From the IMG/VR virus record IMGVR_UViG_3300028593_001667: DNA of 64,000 nt; one strand, given 5' to 3'. Position 1 is the first letter of the stretch. Every line of letters starts with the position of its first letter. Of the stretch, positions 26,638 to 35,596 are shown piece after piece. This DNA is from a virus. The position numbers were made by a program, and so were the translations under genes. The notes beneath the pieces were generated by a model. That model did not search any database. It saw only the letters and a program-made list of their open reading frames with translations, and had not been told where the DNA came from.

Positions 26638-29508
26638 ATGATAAATCAAATTATTCAAAAAAAGAGAGATGAGTGGTTTGGCTCAGATAGTTGCCAAATC
26701 AAGGATCTCATCTCTTATATGACAAAGTGTGCTTTCCTGCGCGATGCACAAATTGAAGCTATAAAAACCTATCTATATTTGAAAATTGAGCATCAAGCTA
26801 AGCCCTTAGCCGAGCTGTTCTCTACAGATGTTTTTTCCTCATTGGATGTGTCGGAACTTCCGCTAGCAGAAAGCGTAAAGAAAAAAATGATTGCAGATCC
26901 TGCATTACTGATGATGTATGAATTTGCAAGCCTTAAAACGGATGGTGAAGTTGTATCTCAAAAAATTATTAATGCGATTCAAGAAGATTCTGAAGCAATA
27001 AATGCTGCGAAATTTTGGGAGGAGTATTTTTATAACGCAAATTATACGGATTATCTTTTTTCTCTTCCTATGGGTGCTGGGAAAACATATTTAATGGCAG
27101 CTTTCATCTACCTGGATCTGTATTTTGCTTTGAATGAACCGGAAAACGAGGCTTTTGCGCATAATTTTGTTATTATGGCGCCTTCAGGATTAAAGTCTTC
27201 CGTGGTTCCAAGTTTGCGTACGATTCAGGAATTTGATCCCAGTTGGGTTATTCCTGAACCGGCGGCTTCAGAACTCAAAAAGTTACTTAAGTTTGAAGTT
27301 CTGGATGAGCAAAGTAGTGCTAAACGCTCTAATCGAGTTCGTAATCCAAACGTTCAAAAAATCGCTCTGCATCAGCCGTTTGAGGAGCTCTTCGGCTTGG
27401 TGGCGATTACCAATGCTGAAAAAGTTATACTTGACCGTATCACGGTAGAGTCCGGGCAACTAAACTTTTTTGAAGATAGCGAGGATGACAAGGACAAACA
27501 GGCCAACGAGCTTAGAAATTTACTGGGAAAGATTCCCAACCTTAGCGTATTTGTCGATGAAGTTCATCATGCCGCAACAGATGACATTAAATTAAGAGGG
27601 GTAATCAATCGATGGGCTACAGGGGACAAGTTCCACTCTGTAATCAGTTTTACAGGCACCCCTTACCTTTCTAAGAAAGAAAAATTCTCTGTAAACGACA
27701 GCTTAGACGTTGCCATGCAGGAAATAACGAATGTTGTTTATTATTATCCATTGGTTGAGGGCATCGGTAATTTCTTAAAGATACCTAAAGTGCAGGTGTC
27801 TACAGATCGAAATCGCTTAAACATCACCGAAGACGGATTGCGAGAATTTCTTGAGCAGTATGCAGACAAGGTATACGAAGATGGAACAACAGCGAAGATT
27901 GCCATTTATTGTGGCCAAATTAAAACCCTAGAAGAAGAAGTATATCCTCTGGTTGAGCGGATTGCTGTCGAATATGGACTTAACCCTTCTACAGATATTT
28001 TGAAATATTATCGTAGTAATAAGGACTATAGCTTGCCGGCAGAAAACGAGGCTAAGTTTGCAGCATTAGACCAGCCATTTTCAACAATTCGGATTATTCT
28101 TCTTGTTCAAATCGGAAAAGAAGGATGGGATTGCCGATCTTTAACGGGAGTCATCTTGTCCCAAACCAGTGATTCGCCGAAAAACATGGTCTTACAAACT
28201 TCATGCCGTTGTTTGCGCCAAGTAGAAAAAGGTAAAAAAGAATCAGCTTTAATCGTCTTAAATGATGGAAATGCGGAAACCTTAAATGATCAATTGGCGA
28301 AACAACATAAGACGAATCTTGAAGAATTTCAAAAAGGCGGGTCTTCTAATTACGAAACATTAAAAAGGTATAATCGGATGGAACGATTAAGAGTTCCCGA
28401 GCTTAACCACTATCAGCTTCAGGTAGAGTATCAGGCTCTTATTAACGAAGAACCTCTGAATGTGGAAAGCTCTCTTAATTCTGTTACTGGACAAGTAAAG
28501 CAGCAGGATGTTCTCACCTGGACTCAAGATTTCACAGGCAAACGCTCCGAAGTTGGTGTGTTAGAAAAAGAGCGTGGGCAGCGGGTACTGTCATACCTTG
28601 ACTTCGTAAGGGATATTGCAAAAACTAGTTTTACGGGGGTTTCTCTCGATAGTCTTGCATCGTATGCAGAAATCTTTAAAAATTTATATGAACAGATTAC
28701 CTACGAGGACGAAGGTGTCCACTACCTTTCTTCTTCCTATATCTACTCCGAGCTTTTGGACTCCATAAGAAAAAGTTTTATTCCCAAGCGTTCATTGAAG
28801 AAAAAAGAAGAGTTCATCGAGGGAAATGCTGCGTTGCTAGATATTATGCGTTTCACCCCGGAAATTGAAACTTCTCATCCCAATAAGTTCATGCCCGGTC
28901 AGGATGAGTGTAAACGCATTGTTTCACATGATGCCGGTCAGCTTGTTCTGACTCCGGAAGTAAAAGAGGCTATTGAATCATTGAAAAACATCGGTCAATT
29001 TGATCTTGTAAAAGATATTCAGGCACAGTACAGTGTGGCAAATTATGTGGATTACACTTATCACTATCTTCCTTACCGCATGGATAGTGATTTTGAAAAG
29101 AAATTCTTAGCGGAAGTTTTGACTCTAAAAGATTTTCGCAATCTTCAATTAGAAATCTACTATAACGGCGACGATAATTTGACGGAGTTTAAAATACGTT
29201 GCTACAAGAAAAATGGAGGATATCAATATATCGGATCATACACGCCGGACTTTTTGATTTTAAAGCGCGATCAAAAAGGAGAGTCAATCCATAAGGCTCT
29301 CATTGTAGAGACAAAAGGCGAAATCTATGCAAATGATCCAAACTTCCAAAGGAAAAGGGCGTTTGTGGAAAATATCTTTTGCAACGAAAACAATGTGCGT
29401 TATAAATACAAGCGTTTTGACTACCTTTATCTGGAAGATACCTTGGCGGAAGCAGAACGTTTGTCACAAGCCATTAGAACAATAAAAACATTTTTTGTGG
29501 AGGATTAA
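26638..29508 (+). CDS. res: Type III restriction enzyme Res subunit
   Basis: PMGAGKT, DEVHH, SFTGTP, EGWD; C-terminal YTPDFL...IVETKG nuclease motif. Confidence 0.85.
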   Translation: MINQIIQKKRDEWFGSDSCQIKDLISYMTKCAFLRDAQIEAIKTYLYLKIEHQAKPLAELFSTDVFSSLDVSELPLAESVKKKMIADPALLMMYEFASLKTDGEVVSQKIINAIQEDSEAINAAKFWEEYFYNANYTDYLFSLPMGAGKTYLMAAFIYLDLYFALNEPENEAFAHNFVIMAPSGLKSSVVPSLRTIQEFDPSWVIPEPAASELKKLLKFEVLDEQSSAKRSNRVRNPNVQKIALHQPFEELFGLVAITNAEKVILDRITVESGQLNFFEDSEDDKDKQANELRNLLGKIPNLSVFVDEVHHAATDDIKLRGVINRWATGDKFHSVISFTGTPYLSKKEKFSVNDSLDVAMQEITNVVYYYPLVEGIGNFLKIPKVQVSTDRNRLNITEDGLREFLEQYADKVYEDGTTAKIAIYCGQIKTLEEEVYPLVERIAVEYGLNPSTDILKYYRSNKDYSLPAENEAKFAALDQPFSTIRIILLVQIGKEGWDCRSLTGVILSQTSDSPKNMVLQTSCRCLRQVEKGKKESALIVLNDGNAETLNDQLAKQHKTNLEEFQKGGSSNYETLKRYNRMERLRVPELNHYQLQVEYQALINEEPLNVESSLNSVTGQVKQQDVLTWTQDFTGKRSEVGVLEKERGQRVLSYLDFVRDIAKTSFTGVSLDSLASYAEIFKNLYEQITYEDEGVHYLSSSYIYSELLDSIRKSFIPKRSLKKKEEFIEGNAALLDIMRFTPEIETSHPNKFMPGQDECKRIVSHDAGQLVLTPEVKEAIESLKNIGQFDLVKDIQAQYSVANYVDYTYHYLPYRMDSDFEKKFLAEVLTLKDFRNLQLEIYYNGDDNLTEFKIRCYKKNGGYQYIGSYTPDFLILKRDQKGESIHKALIVETKGEIYANDPNFQRKRAFVENIFCNENNVRYKYKRFDYLYLEDTLAEAERLSQAIRTIKTFFVED

Positions 29509-29510
29509 AT

Positions 29511-31577
29511 ATGCCAAAGAAGTACGTACCCTACTCTCCGGAGCCTATTGAGGGTCAGGCCCTATTAAATAATTTCAGAAGAACCCTCAGATATAAAGGA
29601 GATACTGAAGTCTTCAATCATGTGAAGCGAGGAATGCCCTATTACGAACTTGAAAAAATAGAGCAAGTTGGTGCCTCTGAAAATGAAAACATGGTTATTC
29701 GTGGAGAATGCTTATCTACTTGTGCCTACATGAAAGAACATGGAATAGAAGCAGATTTGGTTTATATAGACCCTCCATTTGCGAGCGGTGCTGATTACGC
29801 AAAGCAAGTTTACATTCGTCGCAATCCTAAAATAGCCGATGCTATCGAGAAAGCAGAGCAGGAACTGAAAGATAAGGCAAAAGAATTAGCTGATATCGGT
29901 GAAGAAGTCGATATGACGGACGAATTTCGAAGCTTTGAAGAAAAAATGTATGGCGACATTTGGAATAAGGAAAAGTATCTCAATTGGATGTTTGAGAATC
30001 TTGTTGCTATTAAATCCGTCATGAGTGAGACAGCAAGCATTTACGTCCATCTGGACTGGCATATTGGCCATTACGTAAAAATCCTAATGGATGAAATCTT
30101 TGGAGAGGATAATTTTCGTAACGAGATTATTTGGCAGAAATTAAGAGCGGCAAAGCGACAAGCAGAAACATTCGGAAACCTTCACGATACGATTTTTTTC
30201 TACTCTTTTTCGAATAATTCATATATCCACAATAAACAGTTCGTTCCCCCGTCTCAAAAGCTAATAAACTCTCACTATAAAAAGGCGGATGAGGATGGCA
30301 GAAGATACACCGATGATAGCTTTACGCAAACTGGAAGTGGCCCTGCTCGCTATTTTGGCGAAGATTATGGATGGTTAGAGCCGCCTGCTGGTAAACATTG
30401 GATATGGAGCCAGGAAAATATAGATAAAGGTCTGCAAGAAGGAAGAATTATATTCACCTCAAACGGAACTCCTAGAGTGAAAAGATATTTAGATGAGAGA
30501 GAAGGAAAAGCTGTTGGGGATATTTGGGTTGACATATTTCCTATAAATTCACAGGCTAGAGAATCAGAAAATTACGCAACACAAAAGCCTGAAGGCCTCC
30601 TCGAACGCATTATAAAAGCATCATCTGATGAGGGCATGGTAGTATGTGACTTCTTTGGTGGTAGCGGCGTTACTGCGGCAGTAGCATCCAAGCTTAATCG
30701 CCGCTTCATCACCTCTGATATTGGTATAAACAGCATCCAGACGATGCGAGACAGGTTATATAGGGATGGAGCATCTTTCTCTGTTTATGAAATTCAAGAC
30801 GGTGTATCTCTTTTTAGAAATCCTGTTCAGACGATGGATAAACTCTATAGCTTAATTCCGGGATTGAAAAAGGATGAAAACTTAAGTGATTTTTGGGCCG
30901 GTTCTTTTACCCACTCTCGTCTGGGGCGTGTTCCTGTCTTTGTGCCGAATCTCATGGATAGCTCAGCCAAAATTCTTGATTTACCCGCAATGAATGAAAT
31001 CGTTCATCTTCACCTTCCTGACCTACCCCCTTCAACGAAGAAAGTTATTCTTTATTACATTGACCTCGTCGATGAAAAAGAAATAAGTAAGTTCATTCAC
31101 GATGAAAATCCAACGATGATAGAAGTAGAGCTAAAGGATCTAAAAACCGTTTTATCGGATGTGGTTATTAATGATGAGGTCGAGTGGTCTGTGGAGAGAG
31201 ATCCAAGCACTTTATTGCAAGAATATATTGTCCAAGTAGACCGTTTTGTAAGTGATCGGGTGTTAGGGAAAATAGACGATTTCAACATGCGTTCCTTGGC
31301 ACAAAGCACGGGAAAGAAAAAATTCAAGCCCATTCAGATAAGCGATACAGGATTAGAGTGCATCGAGTACCTTTCCTTGGACTGCACCTCAAGCGATGGC
31401 GAATGGCATTCTGACAGTGAAATTAAGATTGATAAAAAAGGCTATATCACGGTGAACGGAAACGAAATAAAAGATTTTTGGGATGGAACCATAAGGGCTG
31501 AAAATGAACCGTTGAGGTTGAAGATAAGAAATATATGTGGGGATGAATCGATTATTGAACTAAAAAAACAAAACTGA
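29511..31577 (+). CDS. mod: Type III Mod-like adenine DNA methyltransferase
   Basis: VYIDPPF, YATQKPEGLLERII, DFFGGSG. Confidence 0.88.
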   Translation: MPKKYVPYSPEPIEGQALLNNFRRTLRYKGDTEVFNHVKRGMPYYELEKIEQVGASENENMVIRGECLSTCAYMKEHGIEADLVYIDPPFASGADYAKQVYIRRNPKIADAIEKAEQELKDKAKELADIGEEVDMTDEFRSFEEKMYGDIWNKEKYLNWMFENLVAIKSVMSETASIYVHLDWHIGHYVKILMDEIFGEDNFRNEIIWQKLRAAKRQAETFGNLHDTIFFYSFSNNSYIHNKQFVPPSQKLINSHYKKADEDGRRYTDDSFTQTGSGPARYFGEDYGWLEPPAGKHWIWSQENIDKGLQEGRIIFTSNGTPRVKRYLDEREGKAVGDIWVDIFPINSQARESENYATQKPEGLLERIIKASSDEGMVVCDFFGGSGVTAAVASKLNRRFITSDIGINSIQTMRDRLYRDGASFSVYEIQDGVSLFRNPVQTMDKLYSLIPGLKKDENLSDFWAGSFTHSRLGRVPVFVPNLMDSSAKILDLPAMNEIVHLHLPDLPPSTKKVILYYIDLVDEKEISKFIHDENPTMIEVELKDLKTVLSDVVINDEVEWSVERDPSTLLQEYIVQVDRFVSDRVLGKIDDFNMRSLAQSTGKKKFKPIQISDTGLECIEYLSLDCTSSDGEWHSDSEIKIDKKGYITVNGNEIKDFWDGTIRAENEPLRLKIRNICGDESIIELKKQN

Positions 31578-31591
31578 TTTATAGGTGATTT

Positions 31592-32536
31592 ATGGAGAAT
31601 CTGCCAGATAAAACACTGCATGGAGGATCATTTAATAATATTTTCTTCGAGGTTTCGCATTCAGAGAAATTGAATTTGCGAAACCCGGAGCAGTTGCGCC
31701 TTTTTCACCTTGAGGTCTCTAACAACCTTTTTGTCTTTGGCCATTTGCAGCAATTTCTTCAAAGAAACATCGGGCAGTATGTTTTTTCTCGAGCAAAAAT
31801 TGAAGAATATAAACTTGATGATAACGCTTTTAGTGTAGGGCTTGATGCGATGAATATCATGAAGGCAAATGCTGATCCCGGCAAGCGTGATAGTGGTAAT
31901 GATCTTGGAGAAATCCTGCTTTACGTTTTTCTGGAAGAAGTGCTTGAAGCCCCCAAGATTTTAAGCAAGGTCGAATTAAAAGCACAGTCAGGAAGCTATG
32001 ATAGCGAATGTGATGCTATTCATTTCTTGTCTTCGACCAATTCCAATGGGAATGCTTACTATAACATTGTTTTTGGAACATCTAGTATTGTTGGAGATGT
32101 TAAAGATGCCATTGATGCTGCATTTAATCGAGTTGCAAAGATTCATTCCAAGAGCGATCAGGAAGTTTTACTGGCTGAAAACACCATTTTCACAAAAACT
32201 GTTGATCAGAGTACAGCTCAAAAAATCAAAGACCTATTGCTTCCCCAAAAGGGGCAGAATCGTCGAGCCTCATACGATACAGCATTTGGGATATTTTTGG
32301 CCTATGACTTAGGGCTGAACCCAAACAATTATACAAATCAAGATTTTGAAGTACAGCTTGAGCAAAAAATGAAGACAGACATCAAAGCTCACACACAATA
32401 TATCATTAACAAAATAAATACTCTAAATCTAGGAAACTATTCATTCTATATTTATTTTATTCCACTAAATGATGCTGCTAATGACAAGCAACAAATTATG
32501 AATGCAGTCTTCGGAGAGAGGGATACAGATGGATAA
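31592..32536 (+). CDS. hamA: Hachiman HamA-like protein (DUF1837)
   Basis: DLGEILLYVFLEEVLEAPKILSKVELK, DAIH, terminal FYIYFIPLND; directly upstream of a Ski2-like helicase. Confidence 0.8.
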   Translation: MENLPDKTLHGGSFNNIFFEVSHSEKLNLRNPEQLRLFHLEVSNNLFVFGHLQQFLQRNIGQYVFSRAKIEEYKLDDNAFSVGLDAMNIMKANADPGKRDSGNDLGEILLYVFLEEVLEAPKILSKVELKAQSGSYDSECDAIHFLSSTNSNGNAYYNIVFGTSSIVGDVKDAIDAAFNRVAKIHSKSDQEVLLAENTIFTKTVDQSTAQKIKDLLLPQKGQNRRASYDTAFGIFLAYDLGLNPNNYTNQDFEVQLEQKMKTDIKAHTQYIINKINTLNLGNYSFYIYFIPLNDAANDKQQIMNAVFGERDTDG

Positions 32537-35171
32537 TATAGGTCAATGCAAAATCGGCAACCTTATCTTTTCGGATATAGATCAAAATGAATATCTGAAT
32601 GAACTGTATGCAAAAATTCTGTATAACTACGCAGTCGAGCAATTAAATCTCAATCATCCTCGAAAGTTTGTAGATTTTAATATTTCTGATGCTTTGCGCT
32701 TTGCCGATCTTCTATCAAAATCGACACATCCTGAAAAAAGAGAGCAACACCATATCTTAGCCCAAGAGATTGTTACGTTGCTTATGCATTCCCATCCCGA
32801 CAATGAAACAATAAGAATATATGCAGGGTTTGTTTTTGCAAATACAGGTAATTATCCTGGTAGCAAACTTATCGCAAGTGCCATTGATCATACGGATATG
32901 CTTGATGAGCTGTTTTCTGCGTTCCGAAGCGATTATCTCGCAATTCCTGGAGAAACAGATATGAAGTTTCTTGCCGCGCAGAAGAAAGTATATCAGCGCT
33001 TGAAGGACGAATATTTCAGTTATTCAGGCCCTACTTCAATGGGTAAATCCTTTATTATGCGTAAATTTATTAAAGCACAAGTTCAAACAGGAGTGAAAAA
33101 TAACTATGCCCTTCTTGTGCCGACAAAGGCCTTAATAAATGAGATGCGCAGTCAGACAATAAATGATATTAGGTCTGATCTTGAAAGATATAATTATCAT
33201 GTTGTTACTTCTTCCGGTGAGATTGCATTAAAGAAGAAGCATAATTTCATCTTTATTTTAACCCCGGAAAGAATGTTGTATTTACTTATCGAAAGACCCG
33301 ATTTAAAAATTGATTATATTTTTATTGATGAAGCGCACAAACTATCCGGAAAAAATAGGCGGGCACCTTTTTACTACCAAGTGGTTAATTTGCTGCTTAA
33401 TCGAAATCAACCACCCCCGCATTTTATTTTTGCTTCTCCTAATGTACCTAATCCAGAAGTCTATTTGCGATTATTGTCAGCCGAGAGTGCTGATAAAGAA
33501 CGAAGTTTAGCATCTACCTATTCGCCGGTAGTACAGGTTAAGTTTTTCGTGGATGAAAACGAAGGAAAAATCAGCGTATATAATGAACGCGCCAATAAAG
33601 TTATTGATATTGCCGCTTTGCCTGAAGTGGATAATTTGCTTAATTACTGTTTGCATAATATTCATTTGAATAAAAACGGAGACAAAAACCAACAAACTAT
33701 CGTGTTTTACGGAAGCAAGCAAAAAGCAATAGATAATGCAATCAATTATGCTAGGAATTTGGAAGACAAAAATGATGCTAGGTTAAGTGAGTTAGCCGGA
33801 GATATTGAACGAGAAATTCATTCTGACTATTATCTTGCAAAAATAATTAGGAAGGGTGTTGCGTATCATATCGGCTATTTACCGTCAGCGATTAGGATGC
33901 GTATTGAGGATTTGTTCCGAGAGGGCTCAATTAGTACGATGTTTTGTATGAGTACTCTTTTGGAAGGAGTGAATCTTCCTGCTGATAATCTTCTTATTAT
34001 GGGTAGCAAAATAAGTAGGTCTAAGATGACACCCATTGATTTTAGAAATCTAATCGGCCGTGTTGGGCGGATTGAATACAATTTACACGGGAATGTGTTT
34101 TTTGTGTCTGAGAAAAACGAAACTAAGAAAGAAGAATATATAGAATTACTAGATAAAAATGTGCCGGAACAGGTGCTTTCCATTGAAAGTAGCAAAGTGC
34201 TAAAAAAGTCAGAAAAAAAGGCTATTGTCGAGACCTTGGTTTCCGGTAGCGTATCTATTGAAAAAGAGGAAAGAACCACAGAAGAAGTTTATCTGATGAT
34301 GCGTAAATTTGCTCTAATCTTGGTAAATGATATCACACACAATCGCAATAGTATAATTAAACGAGAATTTGAGGAGTATTTAACTGCCGAAGATGAGCAA
34401 AAAATCAGAGAGACCTTTTTAAATAAAACGGTTCAACAAGATGATGACATCAATATATCTGTTGATCAAACATCAAATCTTGTTCGTGCTATACAAAAAG
34501 GTCTAGCTTACCCGGAAAAAGACAGCTCGGGAAGGTTTGTATACAATGATATTCTGAATTTTTTAGAAAAGCTCTGTAGCATATTTAAGTGGGAGCAGTA
34601 TGAATCAACTACTCTGGGTAGGGTAAAAGATGGTCAACATACTCTACTTCGATGGTATGCAGTTATTCTGAGTCAATGGATGGAAGGACATGGTCTTAGT
34701 TTTATTATTAGTAGAGCGCTTAGTTTTAGAAAGGAAAATCCCCGTTCATTTTGGTACAACTACAAACAGACAACATACAAGGACGATCTTCCTCATCGAA
34801 ATAGTGTGATATCTGATACTTTGGAGGTTATCGAAAATATAATCCTCTTTAGTATTTCAAATTATTTTTTAAGATTCTCGAATGAATATAAACGTGTTCA
34901 TGGCGTAACAGAGTTTGACAACAATTGGTATGAATACGTCGAATATGGAACTACTAACCGTCTAACGATTTTATTACAGCGACATGGTTTTTCTAGAGAG
35001 ACTTCTACCTTTATTCGTAACAACAAGACAGAATATGTTTTAGAAGATGAGGAAGGGAAGTTAAAATTAAGATCAACTTTGTTAGAGACGTCGAATTTCA
35101 ATGTCAGGCGTGAAGCCAATGAGATACGTTTTAATTCACCCGAGATTTTTGATTTAGAAACTCACATCTAA
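32529..35171 (+). CDS. hamB: Hachiman HamB-like Ski2/DEAH helicase
   Basis: GPTSMGKS, VPTKAL, DEAH, GVAYHIG, STLLEGVNLP, NLIGRVGR. Confidence 0.85.
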   Translation: MDNIGQCKIGNLIFSDIDQNEYLNELYAKILYNYAVEQLNLNHPRKFVDFNISDALRFADLLSKSTHPEKREQHHILAQEIVTLLMHSHPDNETIRIYAGFVFANTGNYPGSKLIASAIDHTDMLDELFSAFRSDYLAIPGETDMKFLAAQKKVYQRLKDEYFSYSGPTSMGKSFIMRKFIKAQVQTGVKNNYALLVPTKALINEMRSQTINDIRSDLERYNYHVVTSSGEIALKKKHNFIFILTPERMLYLLIERPDLKIDYIFIDEAHKLSGKNRRAPFYYQVVNLLLNRNQPPPHFIFASPNVPNPEVYLRLLSAESADKERSLASTYSPVVQVKFFVDENEGKISVYNERANKVIDIAALPEVDNLLNYCLHNIHLNKNGDKNQQTIVFYGSKQKAIDNAINYARNLEDKNDARLSELAGDIEREIHSDYYLAKIIRKGVAYHIGYLPSAIRMRIEDLFREGSISTMFCMSTLLEGVNLPADNLLIMGSKISRSKMTPIDFRNLIGRVGRIEYNLHGNVFFVSEKNETKKEEYIELLDKNVPEQVLSIESSKVLKKSEKKAIVETLVSGSVSIEKEERTTEEVYLMMRKFALILVNDITHNRNSIIKREFEEYLTAEDEQKIRETFLNKTVQQDDDINISVDQTSNLVRAIQKGLAYPEKDSSGRFVYNDILNFLEKLCSIFKWEQYESTTLGRVKDGQHTLLRWYAVILSQWMEGHGLSFIISRALSFRKENPRSFWYNYKQTTYKDDLPHRNSVISDTLEVIENIILFSISNYFLRFSNEYKRVHGVTEFDNNWYEYVEYGTTNRLTILLQRHGFSRETSTFIRNNKTEYVLEDEEGKLKLRSTLLETSNFNVRREANEIRFNSPEIFDLETHI

Positions 35172-35185
35172 AAATCTAGATTTCT

Positions 35186-35228
35186 TTGCCCAAAACCGCA
35201 TAACTTGTCCAAGGGGATAGTGAGAGGA
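35186..35228 (+). promoter_or_regulatory. 43-bp motif, copy 3
   Basis: TTGCCCAAAA-ccgcataact-TGTCCAAGGGG-ata-GTGAGAGGA upstream of the primase operon. Confidence 0.7.
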
Positions 35229-35284
35229 TCATTATCCCTTTTGTTTTGCTCCTCTCGAGAATAATCGAAAGGAGTTTTTTTTAT

Positions 35285-35596
35285 ATGAACAAGCTCATTT
35301 ATGTCTGCTCACCCTATCGGGGAGATATCGAGACGAACACTAAAAATGCCAGAGAATACTGCCGGGGGATTGTAGAAGAAGGCAATATCCCCATCGCTTC
35401 GCACCTTCTATTTCCTCAGTTTATGGATGACAACATTGATGCTGAACGAGAGCGAGCTATGGAGATGAACCTTGAAATCATGCGCCACTCTGATGAAGTC
35501 CGTGTCTTTGGCGGCCAGATCAGCATTGGTATGTGGCAGGAGATGAAAGCGGCGGAGGAACTGGGCATCCCTGTGGTGCAGGAGGAAGTCGAATGA
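35285..35596 (+). CDS. DUF4406-like (nucleoside deoxyribosyltransferase-like) protein
   Basis: IYVCSPYRGD, PIASHLLFPQF, ISIGMWQE. Confidence 0.78.
   Translation: MNKLIYVCSPYRGDIETNTKNAREYCRGIVEEGNIPIASHLLFPQFMDDNIDAERERAMEMNLEIMRHSDEVRVFGGQISIGMWQEMKAAEELGIPVVQEEVE

Noticed and set aside
29511..31577. The missing 3' half of the interrupted mod gene, or a phase-variable mod
   Set aside because: This gene is complete with its own N-terminus and DPPF motif, and I saw no simple-sequence repeat tract
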